From: Methanothrix sp.
Lineage (GTDB): Archaea; Halobacteriota; Methanosarcinia; Methanotrichales; Methanotrichaceae
Assembly: GCA_037128175.1 (NCBI GenBank)
Contig: JBAXWY010000008.1
Location: forward strand, 26,660 to 90,659
DNA length: 64,000 nucleotides
Direction of reading: 5' to 3'
How positions within the stretch are numbered: the first letter of the stretch is position 1; every line of letters starts with the position of its first letter. Below the pieces are notes generated by a model. The model was not told where the DNA came from. It made no database searches and worked only from the letters and a program-made list of their open reading frames with translations. Position numbers and translations under genes: made by a program. Shown here in pieces: positions 8,671-17,664 of the stretch.

Positions 8671-9951
8671 ATGCGTTATTCTCGAATTGCACAGGCCTTG
8701 CAAGAGATCTCCCTGGCCCCGCGTAGCCTTAAAGTCAATCTGGCGGCGGGTCTTCTCTCTGAAATCGAGCCTACGCCAAAGATGCTCTGTCCAGTCGTGC
8801 GGTTGCTTTTAGGAGAATTGTGGCCACCCTGGGAAGGGAGGGATATGGGCATAGGCCCGGAGGCCCTCATGGCGGCATTGGCAGAGGTATCTGACCACGA
8901 TCTACCTTCCCTGCGAGAGAGATATATTGATATGGGAATGGTGGCCGAGGCGGCGCTGGGGCAGAAAGGGCAGCATTCCCTTTTTCCGGGTCCTCTCGAA
9001 GCCATATCTGTTTATGAAAAGCTTCGGCACATCTCTGCCATGCACGGCAAGGAATCGGAGCAGCGCAAGAATGCTTTGCTTAGAGGCCTATTTTTGGAAG
9101 CCACGCCCCTGGAAGGAAAGTACATTGCACGCACGGCTCTACGAAACATGCAGGTTGGCATCGGGCATAAGACCATGATTGCCGCACTCTCTTCCTCACT
9201 GCACTGCGACCAGGAGAATATTCGCCATGCTTATGGCATCATGCCGGATCTGGGCAGCATTGCCGCGATGGCCCAAAGCCAGAAGCTGGGAAGTATAGTA
9301 ATTCAGCCCAGGGTTCCAATCCGATTCATGGCCATTCGCACCGGCAAGATCGTGATTCCCGGTGCCTTTCTGCCCAAGTATCCTGGCTTGAGGGTGCAGG
9401 TCCATAAAATAAAAAATGAAGTTCTGATCTTCACATCACAATTGCGAAATATCACCGTTGTTCTGAACGACATACCTCGGCTACTTGGGAAAATAGAATC
9501 GGATTTTGTTGCAGATGCCGACCTTATAGGCTTTCATGATAAGGATAAAGGGATTTGCAGCCAGGCAGAAATGCTAAGGTACATCAATCGCCGTCGCCTC
9601 TCTCGAAAAAGCAACATTCATCCAGCTCTCTTGGCCTATGACCTCATCGCCCTGCAAGGAGAGGACATTTGCAGTATGCCTTATCAGGATCGACGAAAGA
9701 GGCTTTTATCAATACTTGGCGAGCCCAAAGCCATGCCCTTTCCGGGAATATCTCCGGCCTATGAAGAAGTCCTTATGGATAAAGGCGCAGTAGATGAATT
9801 TCGGAGCAAGGCAGAGATTGCCGGGGCCAGGGCATTGCTAGGGCGAGATCTTCAGGCCGCCTATCGCCTCGGCATAGTTGCCGAGCAGGATTTCATCATC
9901 AGAGAGGATGCGGATGATCTGGATCGGCTGGAGAAGATCTGCCGCGCATGA
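8671..9951 (+). CDS. ATP-dependent DNA ligase-like protein (DNA-binding domain plus degenerate adenylation domain, no OB domain)
   Basis: N-terminal ligase DBD (ATPLEGKYIAR...GIG); motif I reads PKYPGLRVQVH; motifs III, IV and V are degenerate; the protein ends before the OB fold. Confidence 0.8.
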   Translation: MRYSRIAQALQEISLAPRSLKVNLAAGLLSEIEPTPKMLCPVVRLLLGELWPPWEGRDMGIGPEALMAALAEVSDHDLPSLRERYIDMGMVAEAALGQKGQHSLFPGPLEAISVYEKLRHISAMHGKESEQRKNALLRGLFLEATPLEGKYIARTALRNMQVGIGHKTMIAALSSSLHCDQENIRHAYGIMPDLGSIAAMAQSQKLGSIVIQPRVPIRFMAIRTGKIVIPGAFLPKYPGLRVQVHKIKNEVLIFTSQLRNITVVLNDIPRLLGKIESDFVADADLIGFHDKDKGICSQAEMLRYINRRRLSRKSNIHPALLAYDLIALQGEDICSMPYQDRRKRLLSILGEPKAMPFPGISPAYEEVLMDKGAVDEFRSKAEIAGARALLGRDLQAAYRLGIVAEQDFIIREDADDLDRLEKICRA

Positions 9952-10874
9952 TCCTACGACCCTTTGACCCCTGGAAGAGCCCGCTATGCACCTGCCCGGC
10001 CAAGCTGAGTCTGAATCCCTACACAGGATGCCCGCATGGATGCCTTTACTGCTATGCTTCATCCTATATCCCCCGTTTTGCAGAATGCCGCCCCAAGGTC
10101 GATCTCCTAAAACGCCTGGCCAGAGAGTCATCCAAGATCCCGCCCGGCACCATGGTGGCATTGTCCAATAGCTCCGATCCTTATCCTCCCCAGGAAAAGG
10201 AGCTGCGGCTCACGAGGGGATGTTTGCAGATCCTAAAAGAGCAGGGTCTCTGTGTTCAGGTGGTGACCAAGTCGCATCTGGTGGCCCAGGATGCAGATCT
10301 ATTGGCCGAAATGGATGCCTGTGTGGCCATAACCGTCACTACTTTGCAGGACTCAATCTGCCGCAGACTGGAGCCGGGTGCGCCACTGCCGGCAAAGCGC
10401 CTAGATGCCATGGCGAAGCTGGCGAAAAAGGGTGTTGCCGTCTCGGCCAGAATTGATCCCATCATCCCCGGCATCAACGATGAGGAGATCGATGATCTGG
10501 TACTTGCCGTCTCACGAGCCGGAGCCGGGCACATAACCTCATCGACTTTTAAGGCCCGGTCAGGAAGCATGAAGACGATCATCTCCGCCTTTCCCCAAGA
10601 GGGGGCGGCAATAGATGGCCTGTTTAGGTGGGGCGGCAAAGTTGCCGGAAGCTGTTACCTTCCGGCAGGGATAAGAATCGATCTGATGCAGAGGGTAAAA
10701 GAGAATGCCGAGCGAGGGGGCGTGACGTTCTCTACTTGCCGGGAAGGATGGGCAAAAGTTCCGGGAATTAGCTGCGATGGGTCACATTTATTAGACCTAC
10801 TAAAACACAAAAATAATACAGATCGCCAAAATGCCGGGATGGTTTTTGCCGCCGGCTCGCCAGAACAGCCCTGA
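9948..10874 (+). CDS. Radical SAM protein, spore-photoproduct-lyase-like family
   Basis: LNPYTGCPHGCLYCYA (CxxxCxxC), SDPYPP, TKS, LEPGAP and RIDPIIPG motifs; ATGA overlap with the ligase-like gene. Confidence 0.85.
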   Translation: MILRPFDPWKSPLCTCPAKLSLNPYTGCPHGCLYCYASSYIPRFAECRPKVDLLKRLARESSKIPPGTMVALSNSSDPYPPQEKELRLTRGCLQILKEQGLCVQVVTKSHLVAQDADLLAEMDACVAITVTTLQDSICRRLEPGAPLPAKRLDAMAKLAKKGVAVSARIDPIIPGINDEEIDDLVLAVSRAGAGHITSSTFKARSGSMKTIISAFPQEGAAIDGLFRWGGKVAGSCYLPAGIRIDLMQRVKENAERGGVTFSTCREGWAKVPGISCDGSHLLDLLKHKNNTDRQNAGMVFAAGSPEQP

Positions 10875-11044
10875 CGAAGAGAACGAAGGCGTAAATGCGA
10901 TGCCGTCCCTTAATTGTGGTCTTCGTCCATGAAAGTCTATTTATATGAAGAATAACTAGACTTGACGACAATTCTTCTCAAAGGGGAGGATGTTCAAGCT
11001 ACAGTCATAAATGCTATGCGCTAGTGGAATAGGAGGTATTCAGT

Positions 11045-11863
11045 ATGAGGAAAATTTTGGCTATCACTGTGGCCCTCATGATCGCAGCCATCGTTTTAAT
11101 GCCTGCTTTGGGGTACACTAATCAAGCTGCAGGAAATCAGTCTTACACTGCAAAATCAGGAAATCAAGTCGAACACAGCTTCAAAACATTGAATGTTCCC
11201 GCCCATAACCTGACTCCAGATATGGTGGCAAACAAGTATTCTTTCAAGTCCGCCGCAGTTCAGAGTACCAGGATGCCCTACTCGTTCCAGCTGGGAGCTG
11301 CCACACCCTACTCCCTTAAGCTGGTAGGTGTCGAGAATGCTGTTGCACAGGGAATGCAGACCGTGAAGCCTATAGCAAAGCTGGGCAGCATGAATAAGGT
11401 GGATGAAACACAGCCAGTTGCTGCGCCAGTGGTTGAACCTGTAGCTGAGCCCGTTGCAGCGCCAGAGGTTGCGTCCACATTCTCTATTGAGGGAATGGTC
11501 GTAGATAATAATCAAACTGGCTTGGCCGGTTGGACCATAAACCTGACAAAGGATGAAGCAGTTATCAATAGCGTTCCCACAGCCGCGGACGGCAAGTTTG
11601 CCTTCCCAGACCTGGCTGCTGGTGAGTACACCGTCTCCGAGGTCCCCATGGAGGGCTGGAGCGTAATCACCCCGGCAGAGGGCAAGTCTGTATTGAACAT
11701 CACCAATGCCAGCGTGACCGACCTGGTATTCGTCAATCAGCTTGTGCCAGTTGTTGTAGCTGTACCAGAGGCAGTCGTGCCCGTGGTTGCGGAGAACGTG
11801 ACCGCTCTAGCCAATGGCACTACACTCATCAACGCTACTGAAACGATCAATGCCACTGTGTAG
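11045..11863 (+). CDS. Secreted protein with an SdrD-B/Cna-B-type domain and Pro/Val/Ala-rich linkers
   Basis: Signal peptide; GLAGWTINL...TAADGKFAF.DL.AGEYTVSE motif; C-terminal N-x-T sequons; AGGAGGT RBS. Confidence 0.75.
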   Translation: MRKILAITVALMIAAIVLMPALGYTNQAAGNQSYTAKSGNQVEHSFKTLNVPAHNLTPDMVANKYSFKSAAVQSTRMPYSFQLGAATPYSLKLVGVENAVAQGMQTVKPIAKLGSMNKVDETQPVAAPVVEPVAEPVAAPEVASTFSIEGMVVDNNQTGLAGWTINLTKDEAVINSVPTAADGKFAFPDLAAGEYTVSEVPMEGWSVITPAEGKSVLNITNASVTDLVFVNQLVPVVVAVPEAVVPVVAENVTALANGTTLINATETINATV

Positions 11864-11892
11864 GATCGGAAAAAAACAATCTAATAAATCAT

Positions 11893-11930
11893 GACCCTGG
11901 TTCTCCAGGGCCCCTCTTTTCGTTTTTCTT
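11893..11930 (+). terminator. Hairpin plus T-run terminator
   Basis: CCCTGG-ttct-CCAGGG followed by T-rich runs. Confidence 0.45.
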
Positions 11931-12001
11931 TCGCGCCATTCAACCAACAATCTTTCATAGGTTGAAGGATAAGAAGTTAATGATTATTTTGGGGGATATT
12001 T

Positions 12002-12370
12002 GTGAAAACAAGAAAATTATGGATGCTATCTGGCCTCCTTGTATTGATACTGGCAGCACCAGTCTATGCCCAAGGATTTTACGGGTCCGGCCCCTGCGAG
12101 GCGAGAAATGCCATCGAAGCCTACTGCGTGAATCATGGTGGATGTCCTAAAGACGGATATTGCAATTTTCCGGACGGCAGCTTCTGTGAGCTTCGCTCCT
12201 TTTACAACGGAACCTGCCCGGGACGAGAATACTACGAGCAGGCCTTGTGGATGACAGAGGCCTACAACTTCCTTTACAGCGACTGGGGATACAGCCCAAT
12301 GCCCAATATGTACCCTAATAATTACCCCTATTACTATCGGCCAACTTATGCACCGGGATATGGCATGTAG
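12002..12370 (+). CDS. Small secreted DUF333-domain protein with a Tyr/Pro-rich tail
   Basis: Signal peptide; N...YC...GG...GYC.FPDG..CE...FY.G.C pattern. Confidence 0.75.
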   Translation: MKTRKLWMLSGLLVLILAAPVYAQGFYGSGPCEARNAIEAYCVNHGGCPKDGYCNFPDGSFCELRSFYNGTCPGREYYEQALWMTEAYNFLYSDWGYSPMPNMYPNNYPYYYRPTYAPGYGM

Positions 12371-12389
12371 TAATTGTAGGGATGAATTT

Positions 12390-12426
12390 CGCCGGAAAAG
12401 GCAAGATGCCTTTCCGGCCATTTTTG
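12390..12426. terminator. Hairpin between convergent genes
   Basis: GCCGGAAAAGGCA-aga-TGCCTTTCCGGC followed by TTTTT. Confidence 0.55.
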
Positions 12427-12427
12427 A

Positions 12428-13087
12428 TTAAACGAGGATGTCTTGCTTGAATTTTTCGAAGCCGATCTCTTCTATGAACTCGCCCAGACGCTGCTTTTTG
12501 GCGTGGTCCTTGTAGTAGTTGATTATCTTATCGATGAGCGAAAAGACCTCTTCATCGGAAAGATTCTCTGCCAGCATCACTCCCAGTCGAGGCTTGACTC
12601 CGCTGCTTCCTCCTACCAGAAGCCTCCATCCCTTGGACAAACCGATCAAGCCGATATCTTTTACGGCCGGCTCGGCGCAGGAGTTAGCGCATCCGGATAC
12701 GCCAATTTTGAATTTCCAGGGAAGCTGCATACCATGATATAGCTCATCCAGCTTCAATCCTACGCCCACGGAATCCTGCTGGCCGCGTTTGCAGAAGGTG
12801 GTACCGGGGCAGATCTTGATGCTTCGAACGCATAGACCAATGGCTGCCCCTGCCTTCATTCCCAGATCCTTCCAGGCATTATCGATGTCTTTGGGATCAA
12901 TTCCAACGATGGCGATTCTCTGTGCCGAGGTGATCTTGAGAACTTTGGCGTTGTATTTTTCAGCCACATCGGCGATCCTGCGTAGACCAGCCGGGTCTAT
13001 TATGCCGCCTGGGATATGTGGTGCTATGGCATAGGTCTCTTTGTCCCTCTGCACAATTGCGCCCTTTTCCAGAATATCTTTGGACAT
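12428..13087 (-). CDS. Nitrite/sulfite-reductase-like siroheme-[4Fe-4S] protein (small Dsr-like protein)
   Basis: TSAQRI, CPGTTFC, KIGVSGCANSC and DIGLIG motifs. Confidence 0.85.
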   Translation of the reverse strand: MSKDILEKGAIVQRDKETYAIAPHIPGGIIDPAGLRRIADVAEKYNAKVLKITSAQRIAIVGIDPKDIDNAWKDLGMKAGAAIGLCVRSIKICPGTTFCKRGQQDSVGVGLKLDELYHGMQLPWKFKIGVSGCANSCAEPAVKDIGLIGLSKGWRLLVGGSSGVKPRLGVMLAENLSDEEVFSLIDKIINYYKDHAKKQRLGEFIEEIGFEKFKQDILV

Positions 13088-13091
13088 GGTT

Positions 13092-13526
13092 TTAGTTCAC
13101 CAGCCCCATAGCTACGGTTCTTCCCAGCAAGAAGCATTTCTCAATGTCCTCTTTGCTCGGAACCTGGACGGCTGTGGTCCCTGGCTCAATCACCAGCATG
13201 CCGAAAGACTTCATTCGAGCAATGATGGTGGGAACGCCTTCTCCGCTCCATCCGTGCGATCCGAAGGCCACCCCTACTCTTCCCTTTAAATCAAGCTTGG
13301 CAAGCTCCTTCAGGTAAGGGTCCATGGACTTAATAAGCTTGTAGTTGTAAGTTGAGCCGCCTAAAGCTATGGCTGCGGCATTTATTACATCATCGGGCGA
13401 GGCATCATAGGCGTCTTTAATTACCACCTCGATGCCTGGAATGGTTAAGGCACCGTTAGCAATGGCCTCTGCCATCGTTTTGGTCCTTCCCATACCACTG
13501 GCATAAATTATCGCCATCTTAGGCAT
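13092..13526 (-). CDS. Flavodoxin-domain protein
   Basis: YASGMGRTKTMAEAI and AFGSHGWSGE motifs. Confidence 0.88.
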   Translation of the reverse strand: MPKMAIIYASGMGRTKTMAEAIANGALTIPGIEVVIKDAYDASPDDVINAAAIALGGSTYNYKLIKSMDPYLKELAKLDLKGRVGVAFGSHGWSGEGVPTIIARMKSFGMLVIEPGTTAVQVPSKEDIEKCFLLGRTVAMGLVN

Positions 13527-13737
13527 ACGAAATCCTCCATATCAATCAGATTCGCATTTTATAACTAATTTATGGTGCGGTCACAACGCCTGGCAAAAGA
13601 ATCAGATTATTTGCAGAACCAAATCAAAGAAGAATCGAATAAACAAGAGAATATGCGTCACGAGACTTGCTGATGAGGAGCCTATTTTTAAGTTTCGTAT
13701 CGCGACTTAATTCCTCATCAGCATTGCTCTGAAGACA

Positions 13738-14043
13738 TCATGCGTGTGCCTTTGCCTGCGAGGCAGCCCCACTGGGCCTGCTCTTGCGATGCCTTATGAC
13801 ATGACGCGAGCGTCTTCCTGCGACCTCTTCGCTTTTTACCCACTCACCCGTCTCGTCGTCCTTTTCGTACTGCTCTTTCACGGCCGACCAGGCAGCTTCG
13901 TGAGATGCCTTCTCGCGATCTGCTTCCTCAGTACTCTCCAAATCCTCCCAACAGCCATTATAAGCCTTCATGTAAAGGGCCTTGGCGCGGCTGGGTAAAT
14001 TTCGCACGCTTTTGGGCAGCTCGCTTATGCTCTCGAATGTCAT
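13738..14043 (-). CDS. ChaB family protein
   Basis: ELP.SV..LP..A..LY.KAYN and AAWSAVK..YEK...GEWV motifs; AGGAGGTG RBS before the ATG at 14043. Confidence 0.85.
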   Translation of the reverse strand: MTFESISELPKSVRNLPSRAKALYMKAYNGCWEDLESTEEADREKASHEAAWSAVKEQYEKDDETGEWVKSEEVAGRRSRHVIRHRKSRPSGAASQAKAHA

Positions 14044-14120
14044 CAAATACACCTCCTGTCAATGTTTGAGCTTTTTGATAACCAGCTTAATATGAAGATC
14101 CTGGTTAAAAGGTTTTGGGA

Positions 14121-15473
14121 TCAGGAAGGAATGAATATCATCCCTTCCCGGTTCCACAACATTCTTCCATCGTCACCCTTTACGGCCAGTACCTCTGCGC
14201 TCTCAGATTCTCCCAGCTTGTAGACGATCAGGTCTCGCTGTCCTTCTCCAGTCAGGTCCGGGCCGGCCACGGCATAGGCCAGGCAGGAAAAGGATTGCTG
14301 CCAGAGCAACTTTCCATTCGTGCCCTGAAGAACGGCTATATCGCTACTAATTGAACCGTTCTCTGCGTACTTCATGAGATAGACTACCAGCTCATCCCTT
14401 CCGTCGCCGGTCAGATCTATTACTGGCATAGCCAGGGCCGGGCCGGCAAAACTGTGGTTCCAGATCATTTTGTGCTCTTGGCCGTCTCTGGCCTCAAATA
14501 TGGTAGCCGTGATGTTCAGAGGAGTCCCTTCACCAACGCCATCGCTCGTCATCGATCCGTTCAATTTATAAATTGCGGCAATGCTGTCTTGCACAAGGTC
14601 GTTTGTGAGGTTGCCGGCCGGATATTCGATTGCTAGAGCATCGGAAAAGATTCTCTCATCCAGATTTGTGCCATTGGAACCGCTTACCCGGGCAATGCTG
14701 GTGAATATACTATTGTTCATGCTGTCCAAGCCGAATACGTGCACCAGAAACTGTGTGGCGTTGTCTCCGCTGGTATCTTGTACGGGATAGGCAATCGTCA
14801 TGGCCAGCAACTGGGGCCTGCTCCAAATTACAGTGCCGTTGCTGCCGTCAAGGACGGAAACGCTGCTGTAAGGAATGAAGCTCGCTGCAGACAGGATTTC
14901 ATTTATCATGACATCCGTTTGGCCGTCGCCATTGAGGTCTCCTGCCGTTGTGGCAAATACCAGGGAGCCGGGATACTCTTTTTGCCATAATGTGCTGCCG
15001 TTTGCACCGCTAAAAGCCGATATTTCTGAATTAAAGGCCCCCGTGTCGGCATCACTGCTGATGTTCATGACCAGAAGGTCTGTGGCATTGTCCCCGTTGA
15101 GATCTGTTGCGGGAAATGCCATGCTGATAACTTCCGGCTCACTTTGGATCTGGGAATAATCATAATAGTTGTCGGTAAAATCAAGATCTTTAAATGCGAA
15201 TTCTGAAGAATTAAAGTCTGAGCCAAATTCCGATGAATTAAGCTCTGAGGAATTGGGTTCCAAAGAACTTATCTTTAATGGGCTGATTTCTGATGAATTA
15301 AATGCAGTGTAATTAAATACTGTGCGATTCAGTGTTGTTTGGTTACTTAAATTCATTGCCAGAAGATCATCAATTGATTCGGATTTGTTATCCATTGCTG
15401 CCCCCTGGGCCAGCAATAAAGAGCATGCAATCAGATAAAGAGCTATCAATTTTATGTTAAATCCCCCTGTCAT
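14121..15473 (-). CDS. Secreted FG-GAP/beta-propeller repeat protein
   Basis: Signal peptide; repeated DL[NT]GDG..D Ca-binding loops alternating with G.NG..LW PQQ-like motifs. Confidence 0.8.
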   Translation of the reverse strand: MTGGFNIKLIALYLIACSLLLAQGAAMDNKSESIDDLLAMNLSNQTTLNRTVFNYTAFNSSEISPLKISSLEPNSSELNSSEFGSDFNSSEFAFKDLDFTDNYYDYSQIQSEPEVISMAFPATDLNGDNATDLLVMNISSDADTGAFNSEISAFSGANGSTLWQKEYPGSLVFATTAGDLNGDGQTDVMINEILSAASFIPYSSVSVLDGSNGTVIWSRPQLLAMTIAYPVQDTSGDNATQFLVHVFGLDSMNNSIFTSIARVSGSNGTNLDERIFSDALAIEYPAGNLTNDLVQDSIAAIYKLNGSMTSDGVGEGTPLNITATIFEARDGQEHKMIWNHSFAGPALAMPVIDLTGDGRDELVVYLMKYAENGSISSDIAVLQGTNGKLLWQQSFSCLAYAVAGPDLTGEGQRDLIVYKLGESESAEVLAVKGDDGRMLWNREGMIFIPS

Positions 15474-15611
15474 ATTTCATGAGCGAATTGGGATGCATGC
15501 ATATGAACCTTCGCCTCTTTTCAAGAAAAATACACGCAAAAAGTTTAGCTTTGTCATGTTTAAAAAATTAGGTTATAATAAAAGCCACCGGTCAGGACGG
15601 CCCAGATGGAA

Positions 15612-16376
15612 TTATCTTCTCATACTCTCCCTTGTCGCCTTCATTTTTGCCAGGGCAGCCTCCCTATCCAAGGCCATCTTCTCTCTGCCGGTGGCAACAT
15701 CCTCCTTTCCCGTCTTGGCCGGAGTTACCTCATTATCTGTAACCAGACTGGGAGTTGTATCATTCTGGACCGCGGCCACGGCAGGAGCGACGGTTGTATC
15801 AGTGGTATCCGGACAATTGCTTGGTGGGGCCGCGCCCTCATTCACAGCTATGCTCAAATTGCCCAGGAAGGCCGCCATCATATTCGCGCTCATGTTTATA
15901 TCCGTTAATACCAGGGCAACGGTCAGGTTGTTCGGCTGGTAAGCGATGAGGTTCCGATTTCCTATCCGCCCCAAGAGAGCCGGTCCGATCTCCGATTCAT
16001 TATACACGGTCTGGGCCAAGATGGGATCAAAAGCTTCCAGATAAGGCTTCAACTTTGCGGGTTCCAGCTCTTCATAAGGCGCCTGGCAGGGGTAGAGAAG
16101 ATGCAGTTCGACCCTGTTTCCGTCCAGCAGCATTGATGCCGCAACCTCTCTTCCGCCTGTATAATTTGCTTCTGCCATGGTTTCTGGCTCCACAACTACC
16201 TCGGGGGGAAGACAGAAGACAAGTTTGGCATAGCTACCCATCTCCGCACCTGTGCAAACGTCTTTTTCCTGTGCAGCTGCCGCAGAAAACACAGTCATCA
16301 GTCCAAGCGTGATACAGCAAAAAAGCAGCATCTTTCCAAGAGGCACCGATCTATTCTCCAATTTCTTAAATTTCAT
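15612..16376 (-). CDS. Secreted hypothetical protein
   Basis: GAGGTG RBS before MKFKK; hydrophobic signal ending AAAA; Thr/Pro-rich linker and a charged helical tail. Confidence 0.6.
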   Translation of the reverse strand: MKFKKLENRSVPLGKMLLFCCITLGLMTVFSAAAAQEKDVCTGAEMGSYAKLVFCLPPEVVVEPETMAEANYTGGREVAASMLLDGNRVELHLLYPCQAPYEELEPAKLKPYLEAFDPILAQTVYNESEIGPALLGRIGNRNLIAYQPNNLTVALVLTDINMSANMMAAFLGNLSIAVNEGAAPPSNCPDTTDTTVAPAVAAVQNDTTPSLVTDNEVTPAKTGKEDVATGREKMALDREAALAKMKATRESMRR

Positions 16377-16621
16377 CCAATCCACCTCATTGCTAATCTG
16401 TTTTATCTCCCTTACAAATTCTAAATATCTGTTTGCGATTATACCTCTCAAACTATTTAGCCGTTTTCCAGTCGGTTTTCCGGGAAGTCCGATCGTTTAC
16501 TAAACGTCCCCCATTTCTATCCGGCGAAAAGCAGCTACAATATAGAAGCTCCGATATGATAATATACTTGAAATCTGAGTCACGGATGTTGTACAATAAT
16601 GCATGAGTGGAGGAGACAGCA

Positions 16622-17089
16622 ATGAGATCAACTTCAAAAGCCTTCTATTTTGCGGCAGCGTTGATGATTTTAACCATAAGCTCTGCGGCATCGGTTGTTT
16701 TAAACGAAATGGAACTAAATCCCCCAGAAGGCGGGGCGGATTGGGTTGAGATTTACAACCCTGATAACGAGAGCGTGGACATCAGTGGATGGATGGCCGA
16801 GATCACCGATGGAAGCTGGGTAGGAAAGCTCCCGGCCGTGCCCGCGGGAACCATACTGCCGGCCAAGGGCTTTTATGTCTTCAACGGCCAGTCTTCCTGG
16901 AATCATAATGATGGCGGATATGCCACACTCTACAGCGCATCTGGAGAGATAGTGGACAAAACGGCCAACCGACAGGACACCATGAACAACGACTTTACCT
17001 ACGGCAGGCACCCGGATGGTCACGATACAAATACTGACGGCGACTGGGGCCTGGGCTCTGCCACCAAGGGTGAATCAAATATACGCTAA
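16622..17089 (+). CDS. Secreted lamin-tail-domain (LTD) protein
   Basis: VVLNEMELNP...DWVEIYNP...VDISGW and YGRHPDG motifs. Confidence 0.85.
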   Translation: MRSTSKAFYFAAALMILTISSAASVVLNEMELNPPEGGADWVEIYNPDNESVDISGWMAEITDGSWVGKLPAVPAGTILPAKGFYVFNGQSSWNHNDGGYATLYSASGEIVDKTANRQDTMNNDFTYGRHPDGHDTNTDGDWGLGSATKGESNIR

Positions 17090-17110
17090 TATGAAGGGAG
17101 TGAAAAGAAA

Positions 17111-17581
17111 ATGAAGATTAAATCAGGAATCGGCATCAAGGTGCTTTTGGCCTTTTCTGGCCTTATGGCCATCTGCGGCCTAGGCATGTGTGATGTAGTC
17201 ATAAATGAGTTTGAACTAAGCCCGCCCGACAACGGCACCGTATGGGTAGAGCTTTACAATACTGGGGACGCAGTCGTGGATCTGACCGGCTGGATGATCA
17301 ATATCGTAGATAAACCCTGGAAGGGGCCAATTTCCCTGAAGGGCAGCATCGAGCCCAAGGGATTTCTGGCTTTTGACGGTCAGGATACCTGGACTGCTAC
17401 AGGCAACGGAACCGTATTTCTCTATGACGCCTCTGGTGTTGAGGTAGACAAGACACCCCAAAAGAGCGACGACTCGCAAAGCGACTTCACCTACGGCCGC
17501 CTTCCGGACGGCAAGAAGGCCGGCACCAATGCCGACTTTGCCTTCATGATGGCCAGCAAAGGCAGGTCCAACGTCCGGTGA
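17111..17581 (+). CDS. Secreted lamin-tail-domain (LTD) protein, paralogue of the upstream gene
   Basis: VVINEFEL.P...WVELYN...VDLTGW and FTYGRLPDG motifs. Confidence 0.85.
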   Translation: MKIKSGIGIKVLLAFSGLMAICGLGMCDVVINEFELSPPDNGTVWVELYNTGDAVVDLTGWMINIVDKPWKGPISLKGSIEPKGFLAFDGQDTWTATGNGTVFLYDASGVEVDKTPQKSDDSQSDFTYGRLPDGKKAGTNADFAFMMASKGRSNVR

Positions 17582-17664
17582 GCCTTGGCCTGACAAAAGG
17601 GGAATCGACTATTTCCGGCCTCTTTCGCCAATTATCGGCTGAAGATGCCAATGATCATTTTTTT

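Noticed and set aside
13668-13723. Hammerhead ribozyme (CTGATGAG...CGAAAC on the - strand)
   Set aside because: Stem II does not pair, stem I cannot form, and the core is sequestered in a 12-bp perfect hairpin.
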